Positions 1 through 11,685 of a DNA stretch of 64,000 nucleotides are shown one piece after another. Within the stretch, counting starts at the first letter, position 1. Every line of letters begins with the position of its first letter. The notes below the pieces were generated by a model that was not told where the DNA came from, searched no databases, and saw only the letters and a list, made by a program, of their open reading frames with translations. The translations under genes were made by a program, and so were the position numbers. Location of the stretch: the NCBI GenBank assembly GCA_030704615.1, contig CM060733.1, forward strand, positions 56,234,001-56,298,000. Reading direction: 5' to 3'. Source of the stretch: Takakia lepidozioides. Lineage: Eukaryota > Plantae > Bryophyta.

Positions 1-1
1 G

Positions 2-1780
2 CCCAAGAAAGGGGGCAGGAGAGGAACTAGCCCCTTCTCTGGTGGGGAGTCTGTGAACTTAGGGGGTTCCAAAGGGTTGTTATCTATTGGTGAGGGACTT
101 CCAATTAGAGGGCAAACTCGTGCACAAAGAGAGAAGGGTGTGGAGCAATTACCCACACCACATCCACTGAGCTCTGTGAGACCAAGTTTTGAAGCTGGTG
201 CAGTGTTTCAGGGGAACCAATACAACCAACAAAGGAGGGAGCCAACAGCAAATTGGTCACTCCCAGATGTGGACATGAAGCCCCACACCCCAAGAGATTT
301 CCCATTAATAGGTGCTTCTATGCCCAATAATGAACCACTGAGTTCATCTCTTACAGATCACGAGCGCAGGCATGGGTTGGAGTACAGTAGCTCAAGAGAC
401 TTTGGTCCCAGCAGGCTGCCAGTCCCTGGTGCATTTCCATCAAAAGGCGGACATCTGGTAACCAAAGGCCAAAACAGTGATAGGGTGTTTGCAAGCAAGT
501 CATTATTTCCGCATATGCAAAGTGGGGGATTTGTAGCAGGTGGTTTTGAATCAAGGACCGCTTCATCATCCACCTTGAGCGAGACCAGAAGGTTCAGGAT
601 TGGTTTGGGCTCTAGAAATTCAGGGTCATCCAATGTGGACGAGACGGGCAAGAATCTACCCCACTGGTTGAGGGAAGCATTCACACCATTGCAACCCCCA
701 CCCCCAAAGCCTGCACTTTCGCCCATGATTGCTGCTGTAGGACAGGCAACAGCTTTTATCTACAAGGGTTGCAAACCTCTTTTCCCGCCCTTTGTGCATC
801 CTGGAGCCCCACTCGTACCACCGAAGGATTTTCCAAAGAAAGTGAAGAAGAAGAAACGGAGGAAACTGGACAGTAGAGTTTCAGGGGAGACCGAAGGCGC
901 AGGTGGTAATGAATTTGCTGGTGGCCAGAACATTCTTTCAAATGTAGGTTTAGTGGATTCCCAGGCCCGAGTCTCATCCCTTTCTCCTGCACTGCAGCAG
1001 TTGGTGGCAAGCCTCAAGTCAGGGCCCAATGCTGGTCTTCAAACTGCAAGTTTTCCACCTTTTCCTTCATCTTTCTCGAAAGGACTCTTTGACTTTTCTG
1101 GTTTGCCAGTGGTGGACCCCACACCACCACCGCCTCCTTTGTTGAGACCAAGTGCACTTGCAGAGTTGATGTCACGGAAGACCCTAGGAACTGCACCACT
1201 TCCAGTTGGACCTCCCTTGAGCGAGTCTGTCCAAACTGGGCTAGATAGAACTGTCTTTGCACAAGGTGGGTCCTCTTTGTCAGACATGAACTTATTAGAG
1301 CCCAACCCAATGCTGGGCAATGGGGAAAGGCAAGTTTATCCGGGGGTGTCCCCCTCATTTGTTGCTAGTAAGCAGGTAAGGGAACCACCTGTAAAGGCTG
1401 AATTATTGAGTGGAGAGGTTCATGCAGAGCCTTGGAAACAGTCTGGGGAAATCCCTCCGCTGACCAAGAAACATGCTGAAGATTCTCATTTAGCAGCCAG
1501 TGGACGATCTAGTGTTCAGTCACTCCGTGAAGTTGCTCGAACTGTTCGTTCTCAACTTGGAACTACACAAGGTTTTGGGTGGACACCTCCACGAGTACCT
1601 CCTGCTCCAGGGGGAAGGACTAGGGAAGCTCTCTCTAAGAGTGTAGATATATGTTTGGATGGTGACAATTCTTCGAGCCAAACTGAGTCAGACCCCCTTG
1701 TGCGCCCGAAAACTGGTGTTGCGAAGGATTTTGATGAGGTGTCTTCTGACGAAACAATATCGGATGATCGGACACAGTAG
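2..1780 (+). CDS. CHR4: 3'-terminal exon of a CHR4/PKR1-like CHD3 chromatin remodeler (5'-partial)
   Basis: Frame is open from position 2 to TAG at 1778-1780. It contains LPHWLREA followed by a Pro-rich stretch, SSSQTESDP and the acidic terminus EVSSDETISDD, motifs I recognise from the plant CHR4 C-terminus. Confidence 0.8.
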   Translation, partial: PKKGGRRGTSPFSGGESVNLGGSKGLLSIGEGLPIRGQTRAQREKGVEQLPTPHPLSSVRPSFEAGAVFQGNQYNQQRREPTANWSLPDVDMKPHTPRDFPLIGASMPNNEPLSSSLTDHERRHGLEYSSSRDFGPSRLPVPGAFPSKGGHLVTKGQNSDRVFASKSLFPHMQSGGFVAGGFESRTASSSTLSETRRFRIGLGSRNSGSSNVDETGKNLPHWLREAFTPLQPPPPKPALSPMIAAVGQATAFIYKGCKPLFPPFVHPGAPLVPPKDFPKKVKKKKRRKLDSRVSGETEGAGGNEFAGGQNILSNVGLVDSQARVSSLSPALQQLVASLKSGPNAGLQTASFPPFPSSFSKGLFDFSGLPVVDPTPPPPPLLRPSALAELMSRKTLGTAPLPVGPPLSESVQTGLDRTVFAQGGSSLSDMNLLEPNPMLGNGERQVYPGVSPSFVASKQVREPPVKAELLSGEVHAEPWKQSGEIPPLTKKHAEDSHLAASGRSSVQSLREVARTVRSQLGTTQGFGWTPPRVPPAPGGRTREALSKSVDICLDGDNSSSQTESDPLVRPKTGVAKDFDEVSSDETISDDRTQ

Positions 1781-1990
1781 GGGGTAAGCATATTTTCCCA
1801 TTGGGGAGCTTGTACTTGTATTGACGTTTTCTATATTGTCTCAGTTTGTTTGAGAAACAAATAAGTCGAATGGAGTTGCCAATACATTCTTTATTGAAAT
1901 TTCAGTAGCAATTTTTCTTGCCACTAACTCCTGTCTTGGTCAAATCTCTTTTGTTTGTCACTCTAATTCAGTGGCAAGGAGGAAAGCTGA

Positions 1991-2279
1991 CTGCCACACT
2001 TTGAATTTGATGAGGACTGAACAGAGCAGAAGATGAATCACTGTGGGGTTTGCTACATGTGAGAGGGGGACTGGAAGATAGGGTGTAAAGAGAGTCATGA
2101 TAATTTGTCAAGGGAAGTTGGACTATACAATCAAACTGCCATTTGAATTTGATGAGGACTGGACAGAGGAGAAGATGAATCACTGTGGGGTTTGCTACAT
2201 GTGAGAGGGGGACTGGAAGATGGGGTGTGAAAAGAATCATGATAGATTGTCAAGGGAAGTTGGACTGTACAATCAAACT
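1991..2279. repeat. Direct tandem duplication, two copies of about 145 bp
   Basis: ttgaatttgatgaggactg...gaagatgaatcactgtggggtttgctacatgtgagagggggactggaagat...caagggaagttggact.tacaatcaaact occurs twice in succession. Confidence 0.9.
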
Positions 2280-2614
2280 AGGCCCAGTGTCTTTGGAGAT
2301 TCTTGGGATATCAATCATTAGCTAAGCATGAACTGATAGCAACAATATGAAATGCAATCATCTACAATATGAGACATTTTCAGGCAACTTAGAAACAGTG
2401 GTATAGGATACAATGTTTTACAAATACTACTTCTGTTGGCCCAACATGGTGAAATATTGCTATTATTGTAGGACAAAATTTATGACAATGTGATTTATCT
2501 TACATCAAAATGTTATGATGATGGGGTACATTATGGATGGGTACATCAAGCAGTTCAAAAAATTGAATGAATTCCGCCCATCTTTGTGGGCACCGCAATG
2601 GGCAGTTAGGGGCT

Positions 2615-3250
2615 AAGTGACAATCGGACTAAGTGAAAATAGCCCCCATGATTGAATTGTCCATTTGTGAAAGTGGGTTAGTGACAATTGGACTAAGCAA
2701 AGTTATAACCAATGAGTGAATTGTCCCAATTGTGACAGTGAGCTATGTGAGGGTTGAATCGGACTAGGCAAAGTTTTCACCAAAGAGTGGAATGGCCAAC
2801 TCTGAAAGTGAGCTATGTGACAATTGGACTAAGCAAAGTTATCACCAATGAGTGAATTGTCCCAATTGTGAAAGTGAGCTATGTGACAGTTGCATTACAC
2901 TAAGCGAAGTTTTCAACAATGAGTCCAATTGTGAAAGTGGGCTATGTGACGATTGCAGCAAAGTTATCACCCATGATTGAATTGTGTGGGCTAAGGCCGA
3001 GTTTAGACGTGTGTAGGCCATTACTCTACTATGAATATGGTGGGTTGCAACTTGCTGCTGGAGCACACGCAATATCTAGCTTGCATGCCTCATCATATGC
3101 CTCACTAAAATAGTGATAGAGTGGCAGTATAGTGAGCGACTCTTGGTCATGCTCTAGGCCAAGTTATGACCAATGATTGAATTATCTAAATTGTGACAGT
3201 CGGTTACGTGACAATCCCTAGAAATGGTGAAGTTATCGCCGATGATTGAA
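2615..3250. repeat. Degenerate tandem repeat, unit about 60-70 bp
   Basis: Recurring gtgacaattggactaagcaaagttatcaccaatgagtgaattgtcccaattgtgaaagtgagctat-like units. Confidence 0.8.
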
Positions 3251-5271
3251 GTCACTGTCCAGTCCAAGGATGTGGGCTGGAAATAAATGAGATGGGGCCA
3301 GAGATGGGGCCAGCCTGCACAATCCCCAGGGAGAAAGACGAACCCTGGGAGTCTGCCTCAAGACTCAAGTGCACCTCCTTGGGGATAGAGTGCAGGTCTT
3401 GAGAGTCTTTGAAGGGTGGAAGCTGTGGTCTTTTGGGAAGTGGGTTGGAGAGAGAGCACGGTTTCGGGGATCGACGTGAGGGGGTTGCTTAGTCTGCTGG
3501 GAGGACATGCCTTTGGCCTGCACGATCGTTGATCCACACATGTTCTTGTCGGAAGAGGTTGTGCAGATATGAGGCGTTCACGTGTGATGTGAGAGAGGGA
3601 GAGGCAACTTGGCGAAGTGAAGTTGATGCGAAGGCCTGGTGCGCTGACAGTTGACGAGCTTTAATGGGTTCGGTAATAGAATTGAATTCACGGTTTCCTG
3701 AGAGAAATTTGGTCACGAGTCTATCATGACTCCTCACGTGACTCGAACGGGTTTCCGTATTGAGGATATGGAAGATCACAGAAAAATACTGTTCGGCATG
3801 CAGAACATTTGATAAGCACATTGTCCAGGCCACAAGAGTCCTTGGCTGAAAAATTAGAATCCAGGCAAGTGCTGCGTAGTCATACAAGCGCGAGGTGTAT
3901 GAGCCTCATTGAAAAGGTGAAGTGTGACAAAAAATGCAGACATGAAATGGTACGTGCTGACTGTAGACTGACTGCATCTTCATAGTTTTTTGGCTGAGAC
4001 GCAGAAAACATGTTCCCTACCTTCAGTCGAGGGCATCTACCGTTCGGTCACTCCAGCCCAACTGGTTCCTGCGCAGCACACAGAGCAAGATAACCGAGAA
4101 CGAATTTCGATCTCACATTTAGGCCTTTGAATTACTAGTAAACGGCATATGAAAGAAGACTAAAAAGAGAGGGTTTCTCCCAGTCCAGATGACACGGCCA
4201 GATCAGGGCTTGTACATATCTGATTCAAGTGACATCCAGCATTTTCTAAGAATGCTGATGTCCTAAATTTCGACTGTACTAGATTACTGCAAGTGAAACA
4301 GAGAAACTAACACGTACGCTCTGCATCATTTAGCCCTACAGATTCAGCTCCCAACTACATGATACCATATTCTGCAGCTCCAAGCACCTACAACCCAAGC
4401 TTGTGACGAAAATTTGCATTTACAGAGTACTTATCAAACCGAAACGATCCGAAACGGGAATCAGAGATTACAACGTGTGCATGCTTAGCATGCAAACTAT
4501 AACCCGCCCGCCCGGAGGCAGACGATCAGGCGAATGACAGGGAAGGCGTCAAAGGATTCGAACTCGGCACCGGCGGTGGCAGGGATGGTCAAAGATTTGA
4601 ATGCGGGACCGGCTGTAAGTTAGGGTTGGAGTTGTTTGTTGCGTGGAGTGTGTGTTCTTGCGTTTGATGGAAGGCAGGGCTACAGTGCGAGGGGATGACT
4701 GGATTGATTGCGGAGAGCACATGCAGATTGTGTCGGAGTGTTTATGAGAGAGAGGAAATGTGAGGGGATGTTGGTGTAGTGGGGTCTGGAGAGGAGGATT
4801 CTTGAGCTTCTTCGTCATCTTGATCGTGCCTGTTTCTCTCGGCAACTCGAGGCGTGGTGCGATTGTTCCGGGGGACATGTGAGTAGGATCATCCACAATT
4901 TTGGGAGCAATTTCACCGTCTTGACGCAGCTCAAGCATCCACTGCTTTTTGGAGAATGTAAGTGTATTGAGTGTGCGTTTGAGCGCTTGGTGCGCTGATC
5001 AGGGATTGTTCTGAGCTACGGCAGTCCTTGTATGGTATGCTCCGTTACATTTGGAATTTCAAAAAGGGTGCTCACCAATTTGAAGCTGCCAGGCCACTCC
5101 CCCATACATGTATGTTTACATCCATTTAGGTCTAGGGTTTATGACAATTTTGGCATAAACAGGGAAGTTCTGTACGCTGTGAGGGGATTGCTGATAACAC
5201 TAGTGGTTTTCTTGGTAATATGATGAATTCCAAGTTACTAGCTTTTTCATGGGTTACAATTAAGATCCTAC

Positions 5272-5325
5272 TGTGTGTGTGTGTGTGTGTCTCTCTCTCT
5301 CTCTCTCTCCGTCTCTCTCTCTCTT
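5272..5325. repeat. (GT)n(CT)n microsatellite forming the polypyrimidine tract before the acceptor at 5330
   Basis: Directly visible; ends in cttcctag|. Confidence 0.9.
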
Positions 5326-5347
5326 CCTAGGTGACAACCGTGGCAAA

Positions 5348-5467
5348 ATGATGGGGTATGGGGGACCTGCGCCACCCCACTCAAGTGCCATCTACGTATG
5401 CAACCTGCCCCCCCGCACAGATGAAGCCTTGCTGGCTGACCACTTGGGGAAAATTGGTGTCCTGAAG
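5348..5467 (+). pseudogene. TAF15: Orphan first coding exon of a TAF15 (FET family RRM) gene; later exons not found
   Basis: MMGYGGPAPPHSSAIYVCNLPPRTDEALLADHLGKIGVLK|gta resembles the plant TAF15 N-terminus (SVYVxNLPxGTDExMLAxYFGTIGLLK). Acceptor at 5330|5331, phase-0 donor at 5467|5468, upstream GTAAGT donors at 4615 and 4958. No KDKRTG..KIWLY exon seen downstream. Confidence 0.7.
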
Positions 5468-6169
5468 GTAATTTCTGTCAGCCCTCGTTCTGCTCGGGAA
5501 AAAGTCATAGCCAGGGTCCTTTGGCTGGTCATCGCTCTCTCGCTTTCTCAACTCTCTCTGAAGAGCTTCGACGAACTGAAATCTTTCATGGCTGAAGGCA
5601 ACCCCCCTACTACTACAAGCCTTTGCCAATGTCAGCCTCAGTTCCTGTCCTTGCATTCGAAGCAGACAAGGGCAATGGCCAGAAGGCTTGACAGATATAT
5701 TCTGGGAAAACATCATCTCTCTTTCTCACTCACACATACCTATAATCCTACTGGTAAAAAGTTATGCCACATGTCCTATGCGTGGAGATGATTGTGAGGA
5801 TACCAAATTTTTTTGAAGTATCTGAATGATTACCCTGCCAACTGTCCCTCTTAAACGCATCAAAGAAACTGTTAATCTGAGAAACATGACAATGCGACAA
5901 GTTGTGGCCCTCGCTGGGTCTGAACTATAGGAGGAAGATGAAGATTTTTTTTCTGGGATGGAAAGTTAAGAAGGCCAGATTTGTCATGAGTTTTAAGGGA
6001 AAGTCCCTCTTCTAGAGTGAGCATTCTGTAGTCATCAATGGGTAAGTTGCTCTCCTCCCGGTCGCATCCCTCCCTATCGATCCCTTTGCTCCTCGGTCCA
6101 TACAGGCACTGGGTGTATGGCCACAAGTCTGCAGCCAGCCATCTCTCTCCCTCTCTCTCTGCTCTGAAT

Positions 6170-7220
6170 GTAAAGGGATTTCTAGAGGATATCAAACTCG
6201 GATCAATTGTCTGTTCCAAGGTAAGTCATACTACCGGTGTCAGCCCCTGACAAAGGTAGTTTCTGTCCCTTTGTGTTCCGCTCAAACTGACCGTGGGGTC
6301 AATGGCCACAAGGCTATGGCAAACAATGTCTTATGAGTACATTCTCCCTGCTCTGAAGTGTTGGTGACATGGGTGAGGCCATCATGGATGACCTCAAGGG
6401 TTTACCCACTCTGGGCACTCGATTGAAATTTAAACTCAGGGCGGGAAGCCTACCTTTGAACAGCGGACAGACGCAGAGAGGCAAGGGGGATTGCAAAAGT
6501 CCATTGTGTGGGCAACCCGAAGAAAATATCCACTTTCTGATTCATTGTCCTGGGACTCTCACTAGAGAGAACCCTAAGCCCAGGCCCTTTTGGGGTCTAG
6601 TTATTGGGCAAATCACACACAGCAGATTGATGTTTGTGTGAAGAGATTTCTAGATGATATCTGGAAAACTTGGATCAACTGTCTTTTTCAAGGTAAGTCA
6701 TACTGCCGGCATCAGCCTCTGACAAGGTAGTTTCTGTCCCTTTGTGTTCCGCTCAAACTGGGGCCACAAGGCTATGGCAAACATCGTCTTATGAGTACAT
6801 TCTCTGCTCTGAGGGCCTACCTACTCTTGGCACTAGATTGAAATTGAAACTAAGGGTGGGGAGCCTACCTTGAACCAAAAAACAGATGCAGAGAGGAAAG
6901 GGAGATTGTAAATGTGCGAGCAGCCTGAAGACAATATCTACTTTTTCATCCATTGTCCAGGGTATTCTCGCCAGAGGCTGAGCCTAAAGCCCTGGCCCTG
7001 TTGTGGTCTAATTGCTGGGCAACTCACACAGCAGATTGATGCTTATGTGAAGGGTTTTTAGAGGATATCTGGAAAGCCTGAACTAATTGTTATATCAAGG
7101 TAAGCCCCACCACCAGAGTGAGCCCTCACAAAGGTAGTGTCTGTTCCCTCTTGTTCCGCCCAAACTGGGCACAAGGTCTATGGCCAAACAACATCTTATG
7201 AGTACATTCTCTCTCTGCTC
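6170..7220 (+). mobile_element. Three tandem degenerate copies of a LINE 3' fragment (C-terminal CCHC zinc knuckle)
   Basis: LKFKLRAGSLPL...CKSPLCGQPEENIHFLIHCPG (6369-6641). The block ctagaggatatc...aaggtaag...tgttccgctcaaactg...tatggcaaaca..tcttatgagtacattctc recurs at about 6180, 6650 and 7060. Confidence 0.65.
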
Positions 7221-7595
7221 AGTGGCCCTGGGTCCTGTGTGCTTCCTTTCAGTCGTTCTTTCTCTCTTTCTCTCACTTTCTCTCACTTCTGTGGTAACAA
7301 CTACTTATAACTCTGGAACAACATGCTTTGTAGTGATACCAATGCGGAAGACTGTGTATCGTACTCTGAATTGGCCGGCGCAGACTGAGCTGTGCGAATG
7401 AACCAGCAAGGAATTTTTACGACAGGGTGGTTTGGAGGTCAGGCACATCAACAATTTGAGTGGGGCACAGGAGCCGGTCGATTCCACCTTCTAGGGGTGC
7501 CGTGTTGGTTACAGTTTTCTCCAGAAAAATGCCACATCAACATCTTGTTTCTGGTATTCTCTGGTGAAGGAGTTGTTTATCTCATGCACACCAAA

Positions 7596-9977
7596 ATGGC
7601 TCAGAAAGATATTCCAATGGCCTATGAGTTTGGGTTCACGGGCGTGCCAAGACGGGAGGTCAAATCCCTGGAGGACCTGTTTAAAAACTACGGTGTGCGC
7701 CTGCAAAGCATTGCCAAAATGAGTGATATGGGTTTCACTGTCAACACCCTAATTCGAATGACAGAGCAGGAGGTGGACCACGTAATCCAGACAATGGTGG
7801 AGAATTTTCAGGTGGAGCTTCTTTTTGGCGAGAGATATGGGATAAAATCAGCAGTCCGTGCAGAGAAGAAAGCATTGGACGATGAATCAGATCGGCTGCG
7901 GATGCAACTCATGTCAAAATCTGAGAAGAAACGAAGGCTGGAAGGTGCTGCACTGAGTGCATCCTCCAAAGACGGTTGGTGTGCATGGCCCTATCCTTCA
8001 GCTTGCAAGGATTTTCTAAAGAAAGAGTTTTGGTTCAAATTGAAAAAGCCACTGGAATGCTGTGTACAAGAGCACGGTAGCAAATCCATCCAAGATAAAT
8101 CTGGGTTCTGGGTATGACTTGTCTTTATACTCTTCTTTTATAGCATTTTTTAAAGGTGCATTCACAGATAAGGCTGAAGGTAGTTTTTGATCAATACACA
8201 GTATTGCCACTCCGTCAGTGCGTTACTCATCGGCTTTTCATCTTGGGATCTCAAGAGTACTCATGCTAGATTATCTTCAGGAAATGCCTGTGATCCTCCT
8301 CTGATTCAGGGCATTACAGCCCTTTCCCAATGATGAGGAGGTCCTGTTGGTTTTTGAGCTTGTGCCCTATTTGCAAAGTTCTGTGTTGGTCAAAGTCAGG
8401 ATCCAAATGGCTCAAACATGGCACTCACTATCACTTTAACTATGACATGGGTTTATAGGAGCATGTTGATCAGAGAGATGTGCCCATTTATTGGAGCTTG
8501 TTTCAGTGACAATTTATCAGGCCACTATGCTGAGAACTTGGGTCATCGTTTCATATTGTTTCTCTTGGATGTCTGGTATGTGCCCGCTACCAAATTGGAC
8601 TCTTGCGACCTCACTAATGTAGCTATCCAGTTCAAAGTATATGTGGAACTGAATGGAGGATGTTGTGTGCTTGATTTATTGATTTTGGTAGGGGGAATGA
8701 ATGACCTAAGAAGAGACAATGCACTTCTTCTGCCTGAGTCAATGCAACAAGTTGGTCCCCTCAATCTTAATACAAAGGATCCATCTCTGCTCCTCAATCA
8801 AGCCCACCCGACTCTCAACACAGCTGGACTCCTGGATCTTCCTGACGACAACCCCAGCAGTGACAACAGTGACGAGAAAAAAGGTTGATTGATGCACTCC
8901 CTCCTCTCTATCCCAGTGGAGTGGGGAGACTTTTGTTACAGTTGAGGAAGACAAAGCTGGTGGAAAAAGTTAAGCACTTGGCTGTGTATGATTTTGTGAG
9001 AATGCTTCCAGTACAATGAGCTTTGAGAAATGTGCACCCTGTGTGCAGCTGGGAAGAAGAAGCAGAAACGTCGGCGGCTGAAAGAGCTTGGAGAAGATGG
9101 AGAGGACCGGCCCAGAGAACATCCCTTTATTGTGACGGAGCCCGGAGAGGTGGCAAGGGGGAAAAAGAATGGACTTGACTACCTGTTTGACCTCTATGAA
9201 CAGTGTGGAAAGTTTTTGGAGGAGTGCCAACAGATTTCAAAAGAAAAGGGGGAAAAGTGTCCTATGAAGGTGAATCTCAGAGGCTTTTGATTCTTTTAGG
9301 AGGCTGGTGGGTAGGCTTAAGAGCCTCTCCTACGGAGGGTACCTGCAATATGCAAATCTGCAGCCTGTTTCAATCCTGGATGGGGTTAGTTCATTGTGTC
9401 TAACTTTTCCATCTGCAATTGAGCACTCCAGGGCACTGCCACTTCCAGTCAGAGAAGATGATAGTGAATGTCATGTCACATTTACATGTATTTTCCATCT
9501 CATCATATCCCTGATAGAAACATAATTCTTAAAAGCTATAATCAAATCAGCAGTAGGCATTGTTAGTGCTGGGACATCCTCTTGGATGTGCCGGAGGGTG
9601 TTTTCGTGTTATCTCGGCGACATTTTTTGACACCCTGTGGAGCTTGGATGCAGGTGACAAACCAAGTGTTCCGACATGCCAAGCACACTGGCGCAGGCTA
9701 CATCAATAAGCCAAAAATGAGGCACTATGTACACTGCTATGCGCTGCATTGCCTGGACATGGAGCAGTCAAATGCCCTGAGGAAACTGTACAAGGAGCGG
9801 GGCGAGAATGTTGGGGCGTGGCGGCAGGCTTGCTATTGGCCTCTAGTCAATATGGCGAGGGCCAATGGATGGGACATCGAAGGCCTATTTAATAGAAATG
9901 AGAAGCTCCGTATCTGGTATGTGCCAACCAAGCTCCGGCAATTGTGCCATGTAGAAAGAATCAAACTTGGAGAGTAG
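7596..9977 (+). CDS. LFY: LEAFY/FLORICAULA transcription factor, 4 exons: 7596 (or 7584)-7974, 8692-8883, 9049-9269, 9654-9977
   Basis: SAM domain ([11 protein letters not shown]...GFTVNTL...[13 protein letters not shown]) and DNA-binding domain ([25 protein letters not shown]; [20 protein letters not shown]; [12 protein letters not shown]). All three introns are GT-AG with compatible phases (1, 1, 0). No premature stops. Confidence 0.97.
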
Positions 9978-11070
9978 ATGAACTTGTGTACATATTTTGG
10001 TAGGGGATAAGCCGCGGGCAAATCTGTACTCAGTTCATGAGACAAATCGAATGCTTTCCTTACCAGATTCTCTTTTCCTGCCGGGGGAAGATCTTGTCGA
10101 CAAAATTTTGTGTAGGATTTAGGTTCCGGGGGTAGGAATGAATCACACAGGGCTCCTATAGAACGTGGATATACTTTTCTTGTGTGAACTACAGTTAGGC
10201 ATCTGGGCTCGATCCTGACGAGTTCAAAATGAGGCTCAGTTTTTGAAGGGGCTGTGAAAAGTCCACATTGATGCGGCAGCATATTCGACCAGGCTTTGGT
10301 TTACTGATGTCTTCCCTTCTTCAGCTGCACTCACCTTTCGAATGGGGTCATAGGCTTCCAAGCGTTCTTCACGTTTCATGGCAGGTGCATTGTCCATGGT
10401 AGTCCGTGGTCCGTGTAAGAAGATACACCTGGTTTTCAAACAGATCTAGTGTATTCACCCTGTTAGTGATGGCTTGTGATGGAGGTATGATTCGATATTG
10501 TAGTATGATTCAGTGTTGAATCTCCAGTGCTAGTAGCAGTAACCTGGTAATACGCCGAGTCTTTAGTTGCTGTCATGGTGGCTCCCGACCCCATCTCTCT
10601 ATTTCTATGTGCAGCTTTGACAAACTGCTGCAAAGCAGTGAATACCCAATTTGTGTTTCTCACTTGCGCTCATACCACACTTTCTCCAAGGCCTAGCCAC
10701 AGTCTAGTTTCCAATGCCTGTTGACTTCAGTGCGAAGGTGAGAAGCAAAGAAACATAGTGAAACAAGTAGGAAGAGAAACAGAAGACAAAAAACACATAA
10801 TGTCGCAGCAACGGGAACCTGCAAACAAGACCAACTGCCGCTTGCACCATATGCATTCTACACAAAAGAAAAGCACGCGAGAGAACATGACAAACGCAAA
10901 ACACAGCTCAGGGAAGTCGACGATCCATCGTGGATGAACAGTGAAGGTGATGGATGGGAAACATTCGTCGCGAAGAAAGGTTTGGCTGTGACCTAAAGTG
11001 CAATCTGAGACTGCGAGAGGCACAAGACGAGGCAACGTTGGCTGTGGGACGCTGGCTCGATCGCGGCTTG

Positions 11071-11685
11071 ATGGGATTTCGCACATCGCAGGTATTTTCT
11101 GTTTCCTCGCGCGCTCTGCAATTTCTTCACCGCAAGTTTTTGTCGGATGCTGCATGTTTACAAGGGCAGAAACATGAAGCGGTGTGTGAAACGACCAGAT
11201 CAGTAGCTCGTCAGGGATGGATCAAACAGGGAAGTCACGCGAATGCAGGAAGGGAGGCTGTTGTAATGTGGCCAGAGAGATCTGAAGCTCAAACGAGTCA
11301 CATTTGGATCCAGGTAGTGGATGGAGTAGCTGTGAGGGATGGCTACCCTTCGTGCATAGAGTCGGGGGAAACTCAGTGGTGGAAAAATGTGGGGAATGTG
11401 CCAAAGTCACATTCGACGGCGCCTGTGGAGCAGGGTATTTTCCAGCAGTCAGCTCAGAGTTCGGGTTTTGTGCCAAAAGTCTGTCCTCCAGGGCCTCGGC
11501 ACGACACTTCTTTAAGAGAAGCAATTCTCAACCCTCATTTAGCTGCAGAAGATTGGGGTATGTTGTTGCCAGGGGCGAACGGACACACGCCTTTGGAGAC
11601 TAGCAGCGTAAAGCGAAAGAGGAAAAAAAAAATGAATAAGCACAAGCAGAGGAAGCTTCGGCGCCGTGACCGGCACCGAAAGTAG
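11071..11685 (+). CDS. Mitochondrial mS38/COX24 C-terminal domain (DUF1713, AURKAIP1-like) protein, single exon
   Basis: C-terminus LETSSVKRKRKKKMNKHKQRKLRRRDRHRK is the family signature. MGFRTSQVFSVSSRALQFLHRKFLS looks like a mitochondrial presequence. An upstream in-frame ATG exists at 10954. Confidence 0.8.
   Translation: MGFRTSQVFSVSSRALQFLHRKFLSDAACLQGQKHEAVCETTRSVARQGWIKQGSHANAGREAVVMWPERSEAQTSHIWIQVVDGVAVRDGYPSCIESGETQWWKNVGNVPKSHSTAPVEQGIFQQSAQSSGFVPKVCPPGPRHDTSLREAILNPHLAAEDWGMLLPGANGHTPLETSSVKRKRKKKMNKHKQRKLRRRDRHRK

Noticed and set aside
4231-4262. Hairpin gacatccagcatt...aatgctgatgtc as an ncRNA
   Set aside because: Only a 12-bp imperfect stem, with no snoRNA or miRNA context I can support.
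3489-4938. Minus-strand ORFs of 132 and 129 aa
   Set aside because: No recognisable domains or splice structure; likely intergenic or promoter sequence.
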